DNA of 64,000 bases from Felis catus (GCF_018350175.1 NC_058368.1:98768001-98832000); one strand, 5' to 3'; counted from the stretch's first letter, positions 37,254-50,019 are shown. The notes: generated by a model not told the origin, from the letters alone. Program-made: numbers and translations.

Positions 37254-38316
37254 GAAAGGTCACTCTGGCTGTGACATCAAGGATAAAGTGACATGAAATT
37301 AGTGGCTCTCTGAGCAATTAGGCGACCATGAGAAGTATGAGAAGTCTAACATGTCACAGCTGTCCTTAGGGACTGGAGAGAGAACATCAGTGCTAGTGAC
37401 ATTAAATGACTGAATTGATTTTGTTTTTTTTATCCTCAGGGTTGCACATTTGATTCATAATCATTTATGGCAGTATGGTCACCGTAAACCTAAGCCTAAG
37501 TTAAACAGAGGGTGAGAAATACTCTTAACTCCAGATGCCCCTTCTGAATCTTAGAGGATTGTTGTCTTATTTGTAGAGAAGCTTTGTTTGTCTAACACTG
37601 TGTACTTTGATTTTTTTTTCATGGCATATGCAATATGGTAAAAATTTAAATACAAAAAGATATGCCAATAAAGTATATTTTTATTTATATTCCAAAATCT
37701 GAGAACATTATACGTCCTACTGTGTCACAGGTATTTTTTATTCTTCTAGGAAACCTCCGTGTACACACACACATACACATAGACACCCCTTCTTTCTTTA
37801 AAACTTATGAGTATTATATGTAGAGGATTGCCAGCATAAATTGGAAGTTCTTCAACTTACAGGATTTAGCTAGGTGTGAAGATTCAGCATAATAAAGGAT
37901 ACTGGGAGGTGGGTTTAACTATGCAATCTGTTCAAAGTCCACATGTTTAAGAATGGGGACATAAATATTCTTCTCTAAATCAAGTCTCAGTGACCCCTAA
38001 TGCCAACATTGTATAATATAAACATCCCTTTGAATTGAGTGTGATTCTAGTATTTATAAATGTACACATGTGCATTATTATTCTCATTACATATATGATG
38101 TGGACTTTAAATGCAAGCTAATTACTTCATCTGGTGCGGAATCAAGTGGTGAATCTGTCCAAAGGCTGGAGGAAAACCTCACTGTGTTAGAATTATGGAA
38201 AAAAGTATATATCAGTCTCCAACTTAGAATCTTCCTAAGGGCTTTTCAGAAGAACCTTGACCTCACTGTGTGCATTGCACCATATTTTTGCTATTTTTTA
38301 AAAATACAACTTCTCA

Positions 38317-38512
38317 GAGCACCTGCTTGGCTCATTTGGTTAAGCGTCTGACTCTTGTTTTTGGCTCAGGTCACGATCTCCTGGTTCATGAGATGGAGTC
38401 CTGTGTCAGACTCCACGCTGAGAGCACAGAGCCTGCTTGGGATTCTCTCTCCCCCTTTCTCTCTGCCCCTCTCTTTCTCTATCTCAAAATAAATAAATAA
38501 ACTTAAAAAAAG
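38317..38512 (+). mobile_element. CanSINE
   Basis: SINE head, body and tail. Confidence 0.93.
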
Positions 38513-39035
38513 ATATATCCTCTTAATCTTTCCATGTTAGCCATGTCAGCCCCTGCAGAGCTTTGTACATTAGTTTTTGAAGGAGCTGCACTGTGTCAGT
38601 TCCTTACTGACAAAATTTTGTTTTGAACTTTTGTTTTTATTTGTGAGAATTTGCTTTTGTTCTTGCTTTTTTTTTACATATAGCTCTTTAACAAATGGTA
38701 TCGAAATTAGCATTCTTATATTCATGATGACAGTGTAACTCTGTTTATACACATGTCCCTATATAACAAATACTACTTTAGTGAACATGAGAAAAAAATA
38801 CATATGTATAAATACATACAAGCAGATAATGTGAATTCCTAGGTATAGAATTGAGGACCAAATAGTATGATTATTTTTCATTTTGATTAATTTAAAATTA
38901 TCCATCAGGACTAGTATGCCATGTGCTCCCGCACAAAGATTTTCATAATGCCCCAGCTAGGTAATATAAATGCACTGAGAAGCCTGTCTGTAAGTTATTT
39001 GTACTGACACCAAGTACCCTCTTTATATTCTCTCC

Positions 39036-39223
39036 TTTTTTAAAAATGTTGTTTATTTTTGAGAGAGTGCAAGCAGGGGAGGGGCAGGGAGAGGGGGATA
39101 GAGGATCTGAAGCTGGCTCTGTGCTGAAAGCAGAGCCTGAAGTGTGACTCGAACTCACGAACCTCAAGATCATGACCTGAGCCAAAGTTGGACATTCAGC
39201 CGACTGAGCCACTCAGATGCCCC
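39036..39223 (-). mobile_element. CanSINE within decayed minus-strand L1ME sequence
   Basis: Reverse SINE ending gagccactcagatgcccc. Confidence 0.93.
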
Positions 39224-40142
39224 TCTTACTATTCTCATTTAAAACATTGCCCACCAGACTTTCTAAATCAAATAGTCCATTTAGGTTACATGCTTGCCAG
39301 GGCTGTTATATTGTAAAAATTTTCACTATTGCTATTTTCTCATTGAAAGATGATACTTATTAATGATAAGGTTGAGCAGTATTTATATTTATAAACAATA
39401 TGCCTGGCTTTGTGAACTTTTATTTTATTCCCTTTGTGAGCCATGACAGTAATGGTGATGAGGCCATAGCTGTTAACTGTTAGGAAAAGAATTGTGGTGA
39501 AAATTATACCAAGATATATTGAGTTATCAGTGGAACCTGAGTGTAGACAAAGAGCCGGTCGAAGGACAGAAAGCTTCAGAAGCTTCATAAGGCAAAAGAG
39601 ATGTGCTCTTCTCACTGTTCACGTTTCCCCGATTCTTCATTAATATCCAACCCTCCAGCCTTTCCCCATAACATGCTTATATATTGCTCATGTTAACTGG
39701 CCCGTGGCAATGATGAGTGCTTAATAATGTGATACTTAATGACATAAATGCTCACTTTCCACTGGTGATTGTGTATGTTGTCTTGTTGACGTTAAGTCCA
39801 TAAAATTAAATGGTTAGAATCAAGTGGTTAGAAATATATTGTGTTGACAGGAATTTTCAATGGATGGTTTTTCTTGAGTTTAATCACTGAACTTTTTAAA
39901 AAGAGATTTTTGTGGTACTTAATAGTTTAGTGTATAAAGGAAAGTATAGAAGGAGGTGGACATATATGGAAGGTTTCATATAAATAAGCAAAAAGACAGG
40001 AAAGAGGAGAAGAAGTAGTAATTTAGTAATACTTGAGGGTCCAATTTATTGCTTCATATTTTCCTCTAACGTCACTTAATTTAATTTATAATCTAAAAAC
40101 TCGGGGAAATGGTTTGTGGGATTATCCATTAAAATACCCTAG

Positions 40143-40367
40143 GGGGCGCCTGGGTGGCTCAGTCAGTTGAGTGTCCGACTTTGGCTCAGGTCATGATCTC
40201 ACGGCTCCTGAGTGCGTGCCCTGCGTCGGGCACTGTGCTGATAGCTCAGAGCCTGGAGCCTGCTTCGGACTCTGTGTCTCCCTCTCTCTCTCTCTGCCCC
40301 TAACCCACTCGCATTCTGTCTCTGTCTCTCTCAAAAATAAATAAACATTAAACAAAATTAGAAAAAA
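40143..40367 (+). mobile_element. CanSINE
   Basis: CpG-rich SINE; TSD aaaataccctag. Confidence 0.96.
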
Positions 40368-41910
40368 TACCCTAGAATCAAACATAATACAATAAAGGCA
40401 TGCAATTACATGCACCATCATAATGCGCATTTGGGTGGTAGTGATTGAAGGTTGGTTTTCATCCTTAGCCCAACTGATATATTTAAGTGAAGGTGATCAA
40501 ATGAGAAGGCTGGATATGGAAGGAAGAATGAAACCCCCCCTTGGGGAGGCAGGCAAGTTGAGGAAAGTCCTCATCGTCTTGGTATTCATCCTTCCCAACT
40601 CCCTGGATGCGGGATAGGACAGATGCCAGCTAATTTTAGATGGTACCTCATAGATTTGGGTTGCACATCCAGTCCCATAGCATCCCAACTCCGCTAACTA
40701 GTAAGACTTGTCCAGTTTGTTTCATTATCCTTACAGTGTCATTACCGCCTTTTACATGAATGAATCTCTTGGACCCTACTTACCACATCATTACAGTTTT
40801 ATTGTCCTTTAATTTCTGCTGACTGGATATCTGCTATTATACTACCTCAGCATCATGGAGGAAGAAGTCAACTGAGGAAACTTAATTGTGTAACCAATTT
40901 AAAGTTACGTGTTTGCTTCTCTTTGGTTCCATTGTCTGTTCACATCCTATAGCTGTGAAGTTGAAGGGTGGTAGTGATTATGTGAAAAAAAAATGTGTTT
41001 TTTTTTCATAATCTCTTATCACATTGAGCTCCAAAGAAAGTAGAAAGACTTTCTAATGGTAGTAATGATTCTGAAAAAAAAAAATGTTTAGATACATATC
41101 AAACATACCAGTATAGGGGAAAAATAATTGTGAGTACAGAAGTCAACATCTAAAATCCAGTAATTAACTGTAACTGCAAATAAGCTCTGAAAGGCACATA
41201 TTTAAGTTGACATAGTTATACACCTTGCCAAAGCAGCTTTGTACCGTTTTTTAAGAGAGTCATTTATATAATTTTTGTGTCTAGTATAAATAAATAGAAT
41301 CAATTTAAATAGTCACTCACTTGACTTACATCCTACATTTGTGATATTTTTGTGCTTAATGTTTCAATACTAAACTATTTAGGAATTTATTTCATTCAGT
41401 CGGCATTTATTATGGGATTACCATATGTTTGTGAAGAAAGCACATGTAAATGCTTTCAGTAGAAATATTTGAGTTAATAATAAAAGGACCTAATATTTTT
41501 ATTCCCCAGGGCTTTAGAATGAGCATCATCTACATTGACCTTTGTAGTAGCCAAATGATTTTTTTAATATGAGAGTCTAGATTATTTGCATAAAGGTTGC
41601 ATAACATGCTATTTTGTATATATGGCAATATCTCTGTACCCTCATAAAATCAAATGTATTCATTCATTTTCATTTTTGAAGTGTTTCATAGGGTTCAGTT
41701 ACCCTTTTCCTCATGGAGCTATAAGGGTAAATTAGAAATGGTCTCTGCATTGGATCTCTGTATATTTTGGTTGAGGGAGACAGATAATTAGCAGTCCTTT
41801 CACCAACCCAGGCTTTAAACCAATTGAAAAATTCAGCATAAGCAGTTTGAAGCTAAAATATCACCTAAGTTACTGATAAAAGGCAGCTTGAAGACTGTTA
41901 ATGACATACC

Positions 41911-42060
41911 CTGGTGGCTGGAGCCAGCTCATAGGGGCCATGAGAGCCCAGTGTTCACACACCTTCCTGGCTCGGTGTTCAGTGACACCATGTTGACATA
42001 TAGGAGTGACTTTTTTCCTCCTGGAGATCTGGTTGTTAACCCTTTAACAGCATACTGCTG
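41911..42060 (+). mobile_element. hAT-Blackjack MITE (MER63A-like), internally deleted
   Basis: gctggagccagctc...gagagcc...gttcagtgacaccatgttg...ggagatctggttgttaa...cagcatactgctg resembles recalled MER63. Confidence 0.65.
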
Positions 42061-42559
42061 TCTGAAAGCATAAATTAGTGTAAGTACTGAATCCCAGGGC
42101 TACTCACTCAACGCCATGCAGGGGAGGCCAGGAGATGCCCTCCTGGCAGCTAGAGCTGAATATGTGTCTTGGGTACATACAGCTAACTCACCAGGGGAAG
42201 TGAAGAGGAACAATGTTACGTTTGGTCTTTGTAAACTATTCATTCCACATTCCCAAGGGCAGAAGCAGTGAGGATATGAACATCCAGGACTCCACTCGGA
42301 AGGAAACATTAGAGGTATTAATGTTCCTCCACCCTCAATAAGTTGCCCCCAATCCTCTGCTTTTTGCTCTTTTTCCTGTTGAATTTAACTATTAAGAATT
42401 AACTATTAAGGAAAACTGCTGTTCTCTGTGGGGAAGAAATTTCCATTCCACGAGGAGAGTTTTCTTCCTATCTTTATGAGCCTGCTACCTCAATAACCAA
42501 CCATTGTTTCTTGAGTACCCTCTGGGAAATCCTGGTCCTCAGTTATCTTTTGTTTCCAG

Positions 42560-43600
42560 AAAGGCCTACCTATCGACCCACATATGAAAATGAAGTACTA
42601 ATAGATTTAAATTCCATTGTTCTGACTACAGATTGAACTACAGAATTTTCTTGCACAGTTTTTGTTTTCTGGAACAATACGTGATTTCACAACGGAAGGC
42701 ATTCCTCGCACTATGCTGGGAAGGCAATGGCTGTGGCATTTTCTGGCGTAATACATCCCTATGTAGTATATCAACTTTAGCCATGCTTAGGTTTGTAGGA
42801 TTTGGGCATTTCTGCAGCTGTTGTAACAGTTTTCCGTGGGAGGCCAAGGACCTGCTCTGAGGTTCATTTCTCCCTGAGGCCCACAACCTGTGCCAAGCCA
42901 AGATGGAACCAGGCAGAAGATGAGAAGAAGAAATACCTATGTCCATCACTCCAGTGTCTCCAGAAAGTACTGAGATTGCTCACATGGGTACAACAACTAC
43001 ATCAATTTCTGAAGCTTTCCTACTCAGTCTGAAGATTTATTTGCTTGTCGCTTTCTCCTCCCACAGTACGTCCAAGCACAATGTGTAGCAGAAGCTTTGC
43101 AGTTTGGTTAACAGAGAGATCATTCGATGTTAAGGACATGACAGATTTCAGAGCCAAAGCGTCTTCACAGGCTGTTGAGTTGGTCACTGAAGGAGCTGAG
43201 ATAACATGCATATAATCCAGTCACTGTGTCTGTGTTATCACACACATGTTCTCAAGTCAAATTCTTCTTACTCACGTTTTAGATTGCCTCCTCAGCGATC
43301 TTGAGTGTAAAGTTTGGGTCACAGATGACCACTCCATTACTGAACTTCAAATTACGAAACTAGCATAAAGACAGTACAAATACATCCATTGCTTCAGCAA
43401 AACAAACATTTTAGAGTAAATGTATCAACTTTCTTCTGATCCTCAAACATAAATATTATAGTTATTTTTAAATTTGAAATCATAGATCTTCTGAACAGTT
43501 TTTGTTGTTTGCAACACATTTTACGTAGCAGCAAGATATTTTGTAACTTTTTTTCATTGACAGACATCACACTGCAAAAGAAGCTTGCCATGATGCTCTG
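42560..43600 (-). mobile_element. Possible ancient RTE-clade LINE (L4-like) endonuclease-region remnant
   Basis: Ordered degenerate motifs on the minus strand across frames: ITIIF..EDQKKVDTF, VVICDPNF, SNDLSVNQT, HCAWT, KQINL, SDGHR, compared with the APE motifs TIIQVYAP, GDFN, NxLxIxNT, YTWT, QIDY, SDH. Confidence 0.35.
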
Positions 43601-43711
43601 TTTGTTTTCTTAACATATAATCTACATTTTGATATCTTCACATACTATAGATTAAAAATATTCAGAGCTTCTACATGGTAAAACAAACTAATATACTTCA
43701 CAGGATTTGCA

Positions 43712-43915
43712 TTTTTAAACATTTTTTTTTGAGAGAGGAAGAGAGAGAGAATGAGTGGGGGAGGAGCAGAGAGAAAGGGAGAGAGAGAATCTCAAGCAGG
43801 CTCTACACTGTCAGCGCAGAGACCAATGTGGGGCTCAAACTCTCAAACAGTGAGATCATTACCTGAGCCAAAATCAAGAGTTGGATGCTCAACCGACCGA
43901 GCCACCCAGGCCCCC
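43712..43915 (-). mobile_element. CanSINE
   Basis: Reverse SINE. Confidence 0.94.
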
Positions 43916-44323
43916 TGTATGTTTACTTTTAAAGATGTGTTTAAGACATATTGTAGTCTTTTGTGTTCCTATATACTTGAGATTTTCTGTCAGTTCTCTC
44001 TGTACTTGAAGGATCATTTTTTAAATGCTCTGGTAATGAATTTTCTCCTTCAGGATGTGTAGACATGGCCAATGAATATCGATCTATTCCTTTCTTCACA
44101 GCTCTTCCTGTGATCTTTCAGGTTGGGGAATTTTGGTGTTTGGTAGTTTGTTACTGGAGATTTGAGGCTATTATGTTGGTTGTCCTTATATTGCACAGCA
44201 GTTTTTCTGGGGAGGACATTCTTGGATCACACTTTCTTCCTCCCAGAACTTTATACACATTGCCGTTCCATCTTCTGTGATTTGATATTGCTCTGGGAAA
44301 GTTCTTTTTTAAATTTTATTTCT

Positions 44324-44368
<45 letters not shown>

Positions 44369-44388
44369 ACATGTGCAAGCAGGGGAAT

Positions 44389-44432
<44 letters not shown>

Positions 44433-44830
44433 CCCAAGTAAACTCCGTGCCATGAGCACAGAGCCCACTGTGGAGTTGGATCACGAGCCATAGGTCATGA
44501 CCTGAGCCAAGAGCAGGAGTTGGACACTTAACCAGCTGAACCACCCAGGTGCCCCTGCTCTGGGCAAGTTCTGATACTAATTTGATTTGTCTCCCTTGAA
44601 CTTGCCCTTTCTGCTTGGATGCTTATCCTTACATTGTTGTTTATGTCTTAGAGGAGATTGTGTAGTTTTAATAATCAAGTTTACTAGTTCCTTCCTTTCA
44701 GAGAAATTAGCCTTTTGAATACATTATTTATTTTATTTTACAATAATGGAGTCTATTTACTAAGAAAAGCAACATTTCTTATGATGGATAACCTCTATGA
44801 TTTCCTCTATAATTTCTGCAATCATTAATG
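43916..44830 (-). mobile_element. Ancient L1M/HAL1-like ORF1 remnant
   Basis: Reverse of about 44193-44276 reads RRWNGNVYKVLGGRKCDPRMSSPEKLL, similar to the L1 ORF1p C-terminal domain. Confidence 0.65.
44304..44555 (-). mobile_element. CanSINE with two (GA)n tracts
   Basis: TSD tgctctggg(a/c)aagttct. Confidence 0.95.
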
Positions 44831-44836
44831 CCTTGA

Positions 44837-45020
44837 GGGGTGCCCGGCTGGCTCAGTCAGTTGAGCATCTGACTTAGGCTCAGGTCATGATTTTGCAGTT
44901 GGTGAGTTTGAGCCCTGCATCCGGCTCTTTGCTGTCAGTGCAGGACCCACTTCAGAGCCTCTGTCCCCCTCTCTCTCTGTCCTTCCCCTGCTCATGCTCT
45001 CTCTCTCTCAAAAAAAGAAA
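44837..45020 (+). mobile_element. CanSINE
   Basis: TSD tgccttgag. Confidence 0.94.
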
Positions 45021-45454
45021 ATTTTGCCTTGAGATGTAATCAGGATAGACCTTTGCCTTAGACACTGTATTTGAGAGCACCATACTCTGCCTCCTGTTTC
45101 TAACTTAGGGGACACAGCACACATGTCCACCTGGAGTCTGTATTTCCCATCTAGATTGCAGTCCAATATCCTAGATCCTGGAATTCCCCAAGTGTCAGCT
45201 CCAAACACAGTTCAAGGACTTGTAGTAGCTCCCTGTCATGATCTTTCTTTCTGAGAGCCGACCAAATTCCTGGTATGTTGAGACCCGAGGACTGCCCAAA
45301 AGATGACTGTTAGCAGAGACTATGGACGGAGCTTGGAAGTATGGGCTGGGGTATACACATGTGTCCTTTGAGGCCCCTCGTGGGGGAAGAGGACCAGGTT
45401 GGGAAAAGGAGAATGATGTGTTGTGGTTGAGGCTGGGAGGCCAGGAGCTTGTCC

Positions 45455-45680
45455 TTTTTTTTTTCTTTTTAAAAATTTTAATGATTATTTATTTTTGAGA
45501 GAGAGAGACAGAGCATGAGAGGGGGAGGTACAGAGAGAGAGGGAGACACAGAATCGGAAGCAGGCTCCAGGCTCCGAGCTGTCAGCACAGAGCCCGATGT
45601 GGCACTCTAACCCATGAACCTTGAGATCGTGACCAGAGCCGAAGTCGGACACTCAACCGACTGAGCCACCCGGGCGCCCC
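45455..45680 (-). mobile_element. CanSINE
   Basis: TSD cttgtcct. Confidence 0.95.
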
Positions 45681-46782
45681 ACTTGTCCTACTCACTGCCA
45701 CACCCTGACACAGAATCCTGAGTTGTCAAGGAATTCTGCATTCACACCTGGACTTCAAGTCTTTTTATCAAGGTCCATAATTCAGTTTTGGTAACGTCTC
45801 TTCTCTGCCTTGCCGTTTGCATTGTATTGGTTAGTTGAGTTAATGATGGTGCGTTAGAACTCAGTTTGTTTCTTTGGCTCTTCAGTTTCTCTTTTCTTCT
45901 GTGTGTGTGAATATATTTATACACACACAAGATGTCTATATATCATGTGTCTGTGTATCTATAGATACAGATGTAGATATTCTTAAGATAATGGGATAAG
46001 TGTATCATATTAAGTATTTCTCGAGCACGGAGCCTTCAGGGCACATTTTCTTCTGTTTCCCCCAAATGGAATCCATCACCTTTTTGGCACGTGTTCCACG
46101 TGTCTGTTTTTCTTCCCCCTGCCCTTGCCACAATAGTGTTTATAGAGTCTCTGTGCCAGTTCTTTTCATCTTGCCTAGCTTGAACACGCTCTGCTTGGAA
46201 CTTGCCCTGGGCGTCAGGCAGTGTGGGTGACTTTTCTCTACCGTGTTCCTATCATGTTCCAGTCTGATTTATTTTCCCAGGCAAGCCCCGAGGTGAAGAC
46301 AGAATTCTTTCATGTCCTAGCCACAGTCCCATAGCTTGAAGGCGTGGGGGAAATGGAGCGGAGCGAGCAGAGGCAGGGACGGAGAGGTATCATGAAATAC
46401 TGCTCTCATCGTGTAGAATAGACAAATGTCGCGTTCCAGTTCATTCTCTAACCGCATTCGGGGGTTTGTCACGGGCGTGCGGGGAAAGGCCTTCTGGGTT
46501 GTATTGTTGCTTGAGTTCAGCCTGGCCCCAAGGCTTCTGCTACCAACTCCCTGCCCCTTTTGCTCACTTCCCTTGTTTTACCATCCACTCCTCTTCAGTC
46601 CTGCCCCAACACAGTCACGGTCCACATGTTGTTTTCCTATTTGGTGTTATTTGTGAGAATGTGAGGACTTTCATTACTTCACTCGTATCATACTGAGGCA
46701 TTAAGGCAAATCTGAGAGTCTGTACTGAAATCAGGCTAAAACCCTCTTTTTCTTTAGCTGAATGTATTTAAAGTTCACCACT

Positions 46783-46989
46783 TAAAAAAAAAACTTTAGT
46801 TATTTATCTTGAGACAGAGCACAAGCAGGGTAGGGGCAGAGAGAGAGTGAGAGAGAGAATCTCATGCAGGCTCCACACCATCAGCACAGAGCCCGATGGC
46901 AGGGCTCAAACTCATGAGCTGTGGGATCATTGATCCTGAGCTGAAACCAAGAGTCAGACACTTAACCGACTGAGCCACCCAGGCACCCC
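46783..46989 (-). mobile_element. CanSINE
   Basis: Reverse SINE ending gagccacccaggcacccc. Confidence 0.94.
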
Positions 46990-47094
46990 TAGCTGATAGT
47001 CTTTCAAATTTAAGACCATGAGTTTCACCTCTTTTGTTCTGCAGTGTCTGCTCTCAAGAGGTTTTCCTATTTGTGGTTTTATTTGTTACTGCAG

Positions 47095-47111
47095 AAGGGG
47101 ATTCTCCTTTG
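47095..47111 (+). other. Candidate 17-nt exon of an unidentified transcript
   Basis: gttttatttgttactgcag|AAGGGGATTCTCCTTTG|gtaagt; TGCATG 43 nt downstream. Confidence 0.35.
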
Positions 47112-47495
47112 GTAAGTTTTCACTGCGACTTCCCTTTGTATGAGTAAAAGTAATGCATGTATGCGCTAAAAAAGGTTGAAAAGGTTGAACAGGGTTTAAA
47201 AAGTAAAACAATGAATGGTCTTTTCATTTACATTTTCATTCAGTGCACACCTCGTACCCCCATTTGTTATCGCCCAGAAACTTTTCCTTTGTATTTCTTC
47301 TGGGAAATGCTGTCTATCTGTCTTGCTGTCTTCAGTAAGTAGACTTTGTTCTTTACCTAGCTCTCATACAGGGGCATTTGAACGTTAGGAAAAGAAGCAT
47401 TCTGAGGAGTTTAGAAAGATACACATTAATTAGAAAATCGTATATTATGACATTTCAAGTTAAACCTTCACTCTTTCCTATCTTGAAAACTCTGC

Positions 47496-47665
47496 TTTTT
47501 TTTTTTTAATGTTTATTTACTTTTGAAAGAGACAGAGTGTGAGTGGGCAAGGGGCAGAGAGAGGGAGACACAGAATCTGAATCAGGCTCCAGGCTCTGAG
47601 CTGTCAGCACAGAGTCTGACGTGGGGCTAGAACCCATGAACTGTGAGACCATGACCTGAGCCGAT
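47496..47665 (-). mobile_element. CanSINE lacking its 5' head
   Basis: Reverse SINE stops at gacctgagccga. Confidence 0.92.
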
Positions 47666-47989
47666 GTTATATCCTGTTCTGAGATGGACTGAAGGTAACT
47701 TTTGTTTACCAATTGCAAATATGGAAGTTGGAAAATTGACTAACTTTAAACAGTAATGGTATTCAGTAGTATATCTATTAGAACAGCAAATGTATCAAGA
47801 GGGCAAATCCTTGTGTCATAAAATATTCCTGCAACAGTCCTGGGAAGAAAGCCTATATGTGCACATCTTTCTACATGTGATGAGGCCATGACAAGGTTGA
47901 ATAAAAATGTTTTAAGAGATATGCCCTATGTTAATTTATTGTTTGAGAAAGGCTAATTTGGGTATTTTAAATTTTTTAATGTTTTTCTT

Positions 47990-48217
47990 TGTTTTTTTTT
48001 AAAAAAAATTTTTTTTTCAACGTTTATTTTTTGGGGACAGAGAGAGACAGAGCATGAACGGGGGAGGGGCAGAGAGAGAGGGAGACACAGAATCTGAAAC
48101 AGGCTCCAGGCTCTGAGCCATCAGCCCAGAGCCTGACGCGGGGCTCGAACTCTCGACCACGAGATCGTGACCTGGCTGAAGTCGGACGCTTAACCGACTG
48201 CACCACCCAGGCGTCCC
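47990..48217 (-). mobile_element. Young SINEC_Fc-type copy inserted in the tail of the next SINE
   Basis: Near-consensus, CpG-rich; TSD aatgtttttctt. Confidence 0.95.
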
Positions 48218-48420
48218 AATGTTTTTCTTTGTTTTTGAGAGAGAGAGAGAGTGCGAGCAGGGGAGGGGCAGAAAGAGAGGGAGGCAGAGGATCTGATGCA
48301 GGCTTTACACTGAGAGTGGAGAGCCTGATGTAGGGCTCGAAGTCACAAACTGCAAGATGGTGATCTAAGCCAAAACTAAGAGTCAGCTGCATAAACCGAC
48401 TTAGCCGCTCAGGCACTCCT
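48218..48420 (-). mobile_element. Older CanSINE
   Basis: Reverse SINE; outer flanks gggtattt(t/c)aa. Confidence 0.92.
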
Positions 48421-48527
48421 CGGGTATTTCAATTTTGAGAAAGGTTTGTCCAAAATATTTTTTTCAATTGTGTAGAAAGAGACTAATTCTGGGGTATATC
48501 CATGTAATGACACTGAGTCTGTTAACC

Positions 48528-48800
48528 CAGAGGTCCCCAAACGGTGATGTGTCAGCTGGATAATGCCTGACTATGGGGGATTGGCCTGAACAATTATTTT
48601 TTAATTGCATCATTGCTTGAAAAATCTGTAAATTGCACATAAAAATCAATCTTTCTAGCTTCTCTTGAAATCTTTCAAAACGGGCAAGACAGGGCTGTCT
48701 TTCTCTGTTCCCTTTCCACAGTGGTATTCGCTGCTACTCACTATATTTATTGCAGTGTATGCATATGCCTTCCTCCTGTAGGATCTGACCACTCGACTTT
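48528..48800. mobile_element. hAT-Charlie MITE (MER102-like)
   Basis: cagaggtccccaaac start; cacataaaaatcaatctttctagcttctcttgaaa...ggcaagacagggc resembles recalled MER102. Confidence 0.55.
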
Positions 48801-48954
48801 GTGGGATGCTTGAAAATGCTGTATTACTTTCTGAACTTTCCTCATGTATTTCTCATGTTAATGTTTAACCCTAGTCTTCTGCAAAAGAAAATAAAGGTTG
48901 AATGGCTAGATCTTTTTTGTTGTTGTTGTTGTTGTTGTTATTGTTGTTAACTTT

Positions 48955-49176
48955 CTTAGTGTTTATTTTTGAGACAGAGAGACAGAGAGAGAAAGAGAGA
49001 GAGAGAGACCGGACACCAGTGGGGGAGGGGCAGAGAGACAGAGACAGAATCTGAAACAGGCTCCAGGCTCTGAGCTGTCAGCACAGAGCCTGATGCGGGG
49101 CTCCAACTCACAAACTGTGAAATCATGACCTGAGTCGAAGTCTGACAGTTAATCAACTGAGTCATCCAGGCACCCC
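48955..49176 (-). mobile_element. CanSINE with a (TTG)n tail extension
   Basis: TSD tgaatggctagatctt. Confidence 0.95.
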
Positions 49177-49553
49177 TGAATGGCTAGATCTTACAAATTA
49201 CCGGGAATATTTAGTCACCATTCCCTACCTATTGGTTAACATACATGAAAATAGTATGTTCTAAAATCCATATACATAATTATGATTAATCCGAGATCCA
49301 TGTATTAGATCTTGAAATTACAGAACATATGGTTTACACTCTCATAATTTCATACTACATGGAACGTTCTTAAAAATCCCTTTCTTAATGAAATTAACTT
49401 ACATAGCACAATTGTTCCATCTTTTCATTAAATTAGACCTCAGGAGAAGAGAGAATCTTACTTTGACAAAACTGCATTTTATAATAACAATGTAACAAAT
49501 AAGCTAATTAATTTTTTTAATAGTAATAGGGAATTTGGTGACTTACAGAACTA

Positions 49554-49769
49554 CAGTAAAGCCTTGGATTGTGTGTAACTTGTTCTGCCAGCGTTCCACA
49601 AGAAGGGCAAACATTTCAAATACATTGTAACTTGATAAACAAGAAATGTCCTGCAATCTGAGACACCAAATGTGACACGATCACAACTGAGCTAATGGTT
49701 CCTGAGATTCGCTTTGATTACAAGCATGTTTTTTGAACAAGTTAATGCTCCCAAACCAAGGTTTTACTA
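49554..49769. mobile_element. Tigger-family non-autonomous element (MITE), possibly a carnivore-specific subfamily
   Basis: Terminal inverted repeats CAGTAAAGCCTTGG / CCAAGGTTTTACTA, with TA on both sides. Confidence 0.8.
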
Positions 49770-49781
49770 TAAATATAATTT

Positions 49782-49798
49782 TGGCCACTAGGGGGCTT
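49782..49798 (+). promoter_or_regulatory. CTCF core motif-like site
   Basis: TGGCCACTAGGGGGC matches the CTCF consensus TGGCCASYAGRKGGC. Confidence 0.55.
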
Positions 49799-49800
49799 TG

Positions 49801-49832
<32 letters not shown>

Positions 49833-50019
49833 CAATGATACTATAATTGTGAAGATAAACAAGGTTTTATGGCTTCCAAAAGTTTAACTGCGTAATTGCA
49901 AAGTTTTAAATGTAGTTATATAAAGAATGCAAGAATCTTATCCTAACTATAAGCAAAATATGTAATATTTGAAACTGGATGTGGGGAAGGCAAGGTTATT
50001 GTGAGAAGTAAAAAGTAGT

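Noticed and set aside
42638..42990. Short word matches to ZNF451 (SLASH, GHRYF) suggesting a retrocopy
   Set aside because: Only isolated 5-residue matches, no zinc-finger C/H spacing, and inconsistent distances; an old LINE relic seems at least as likely.
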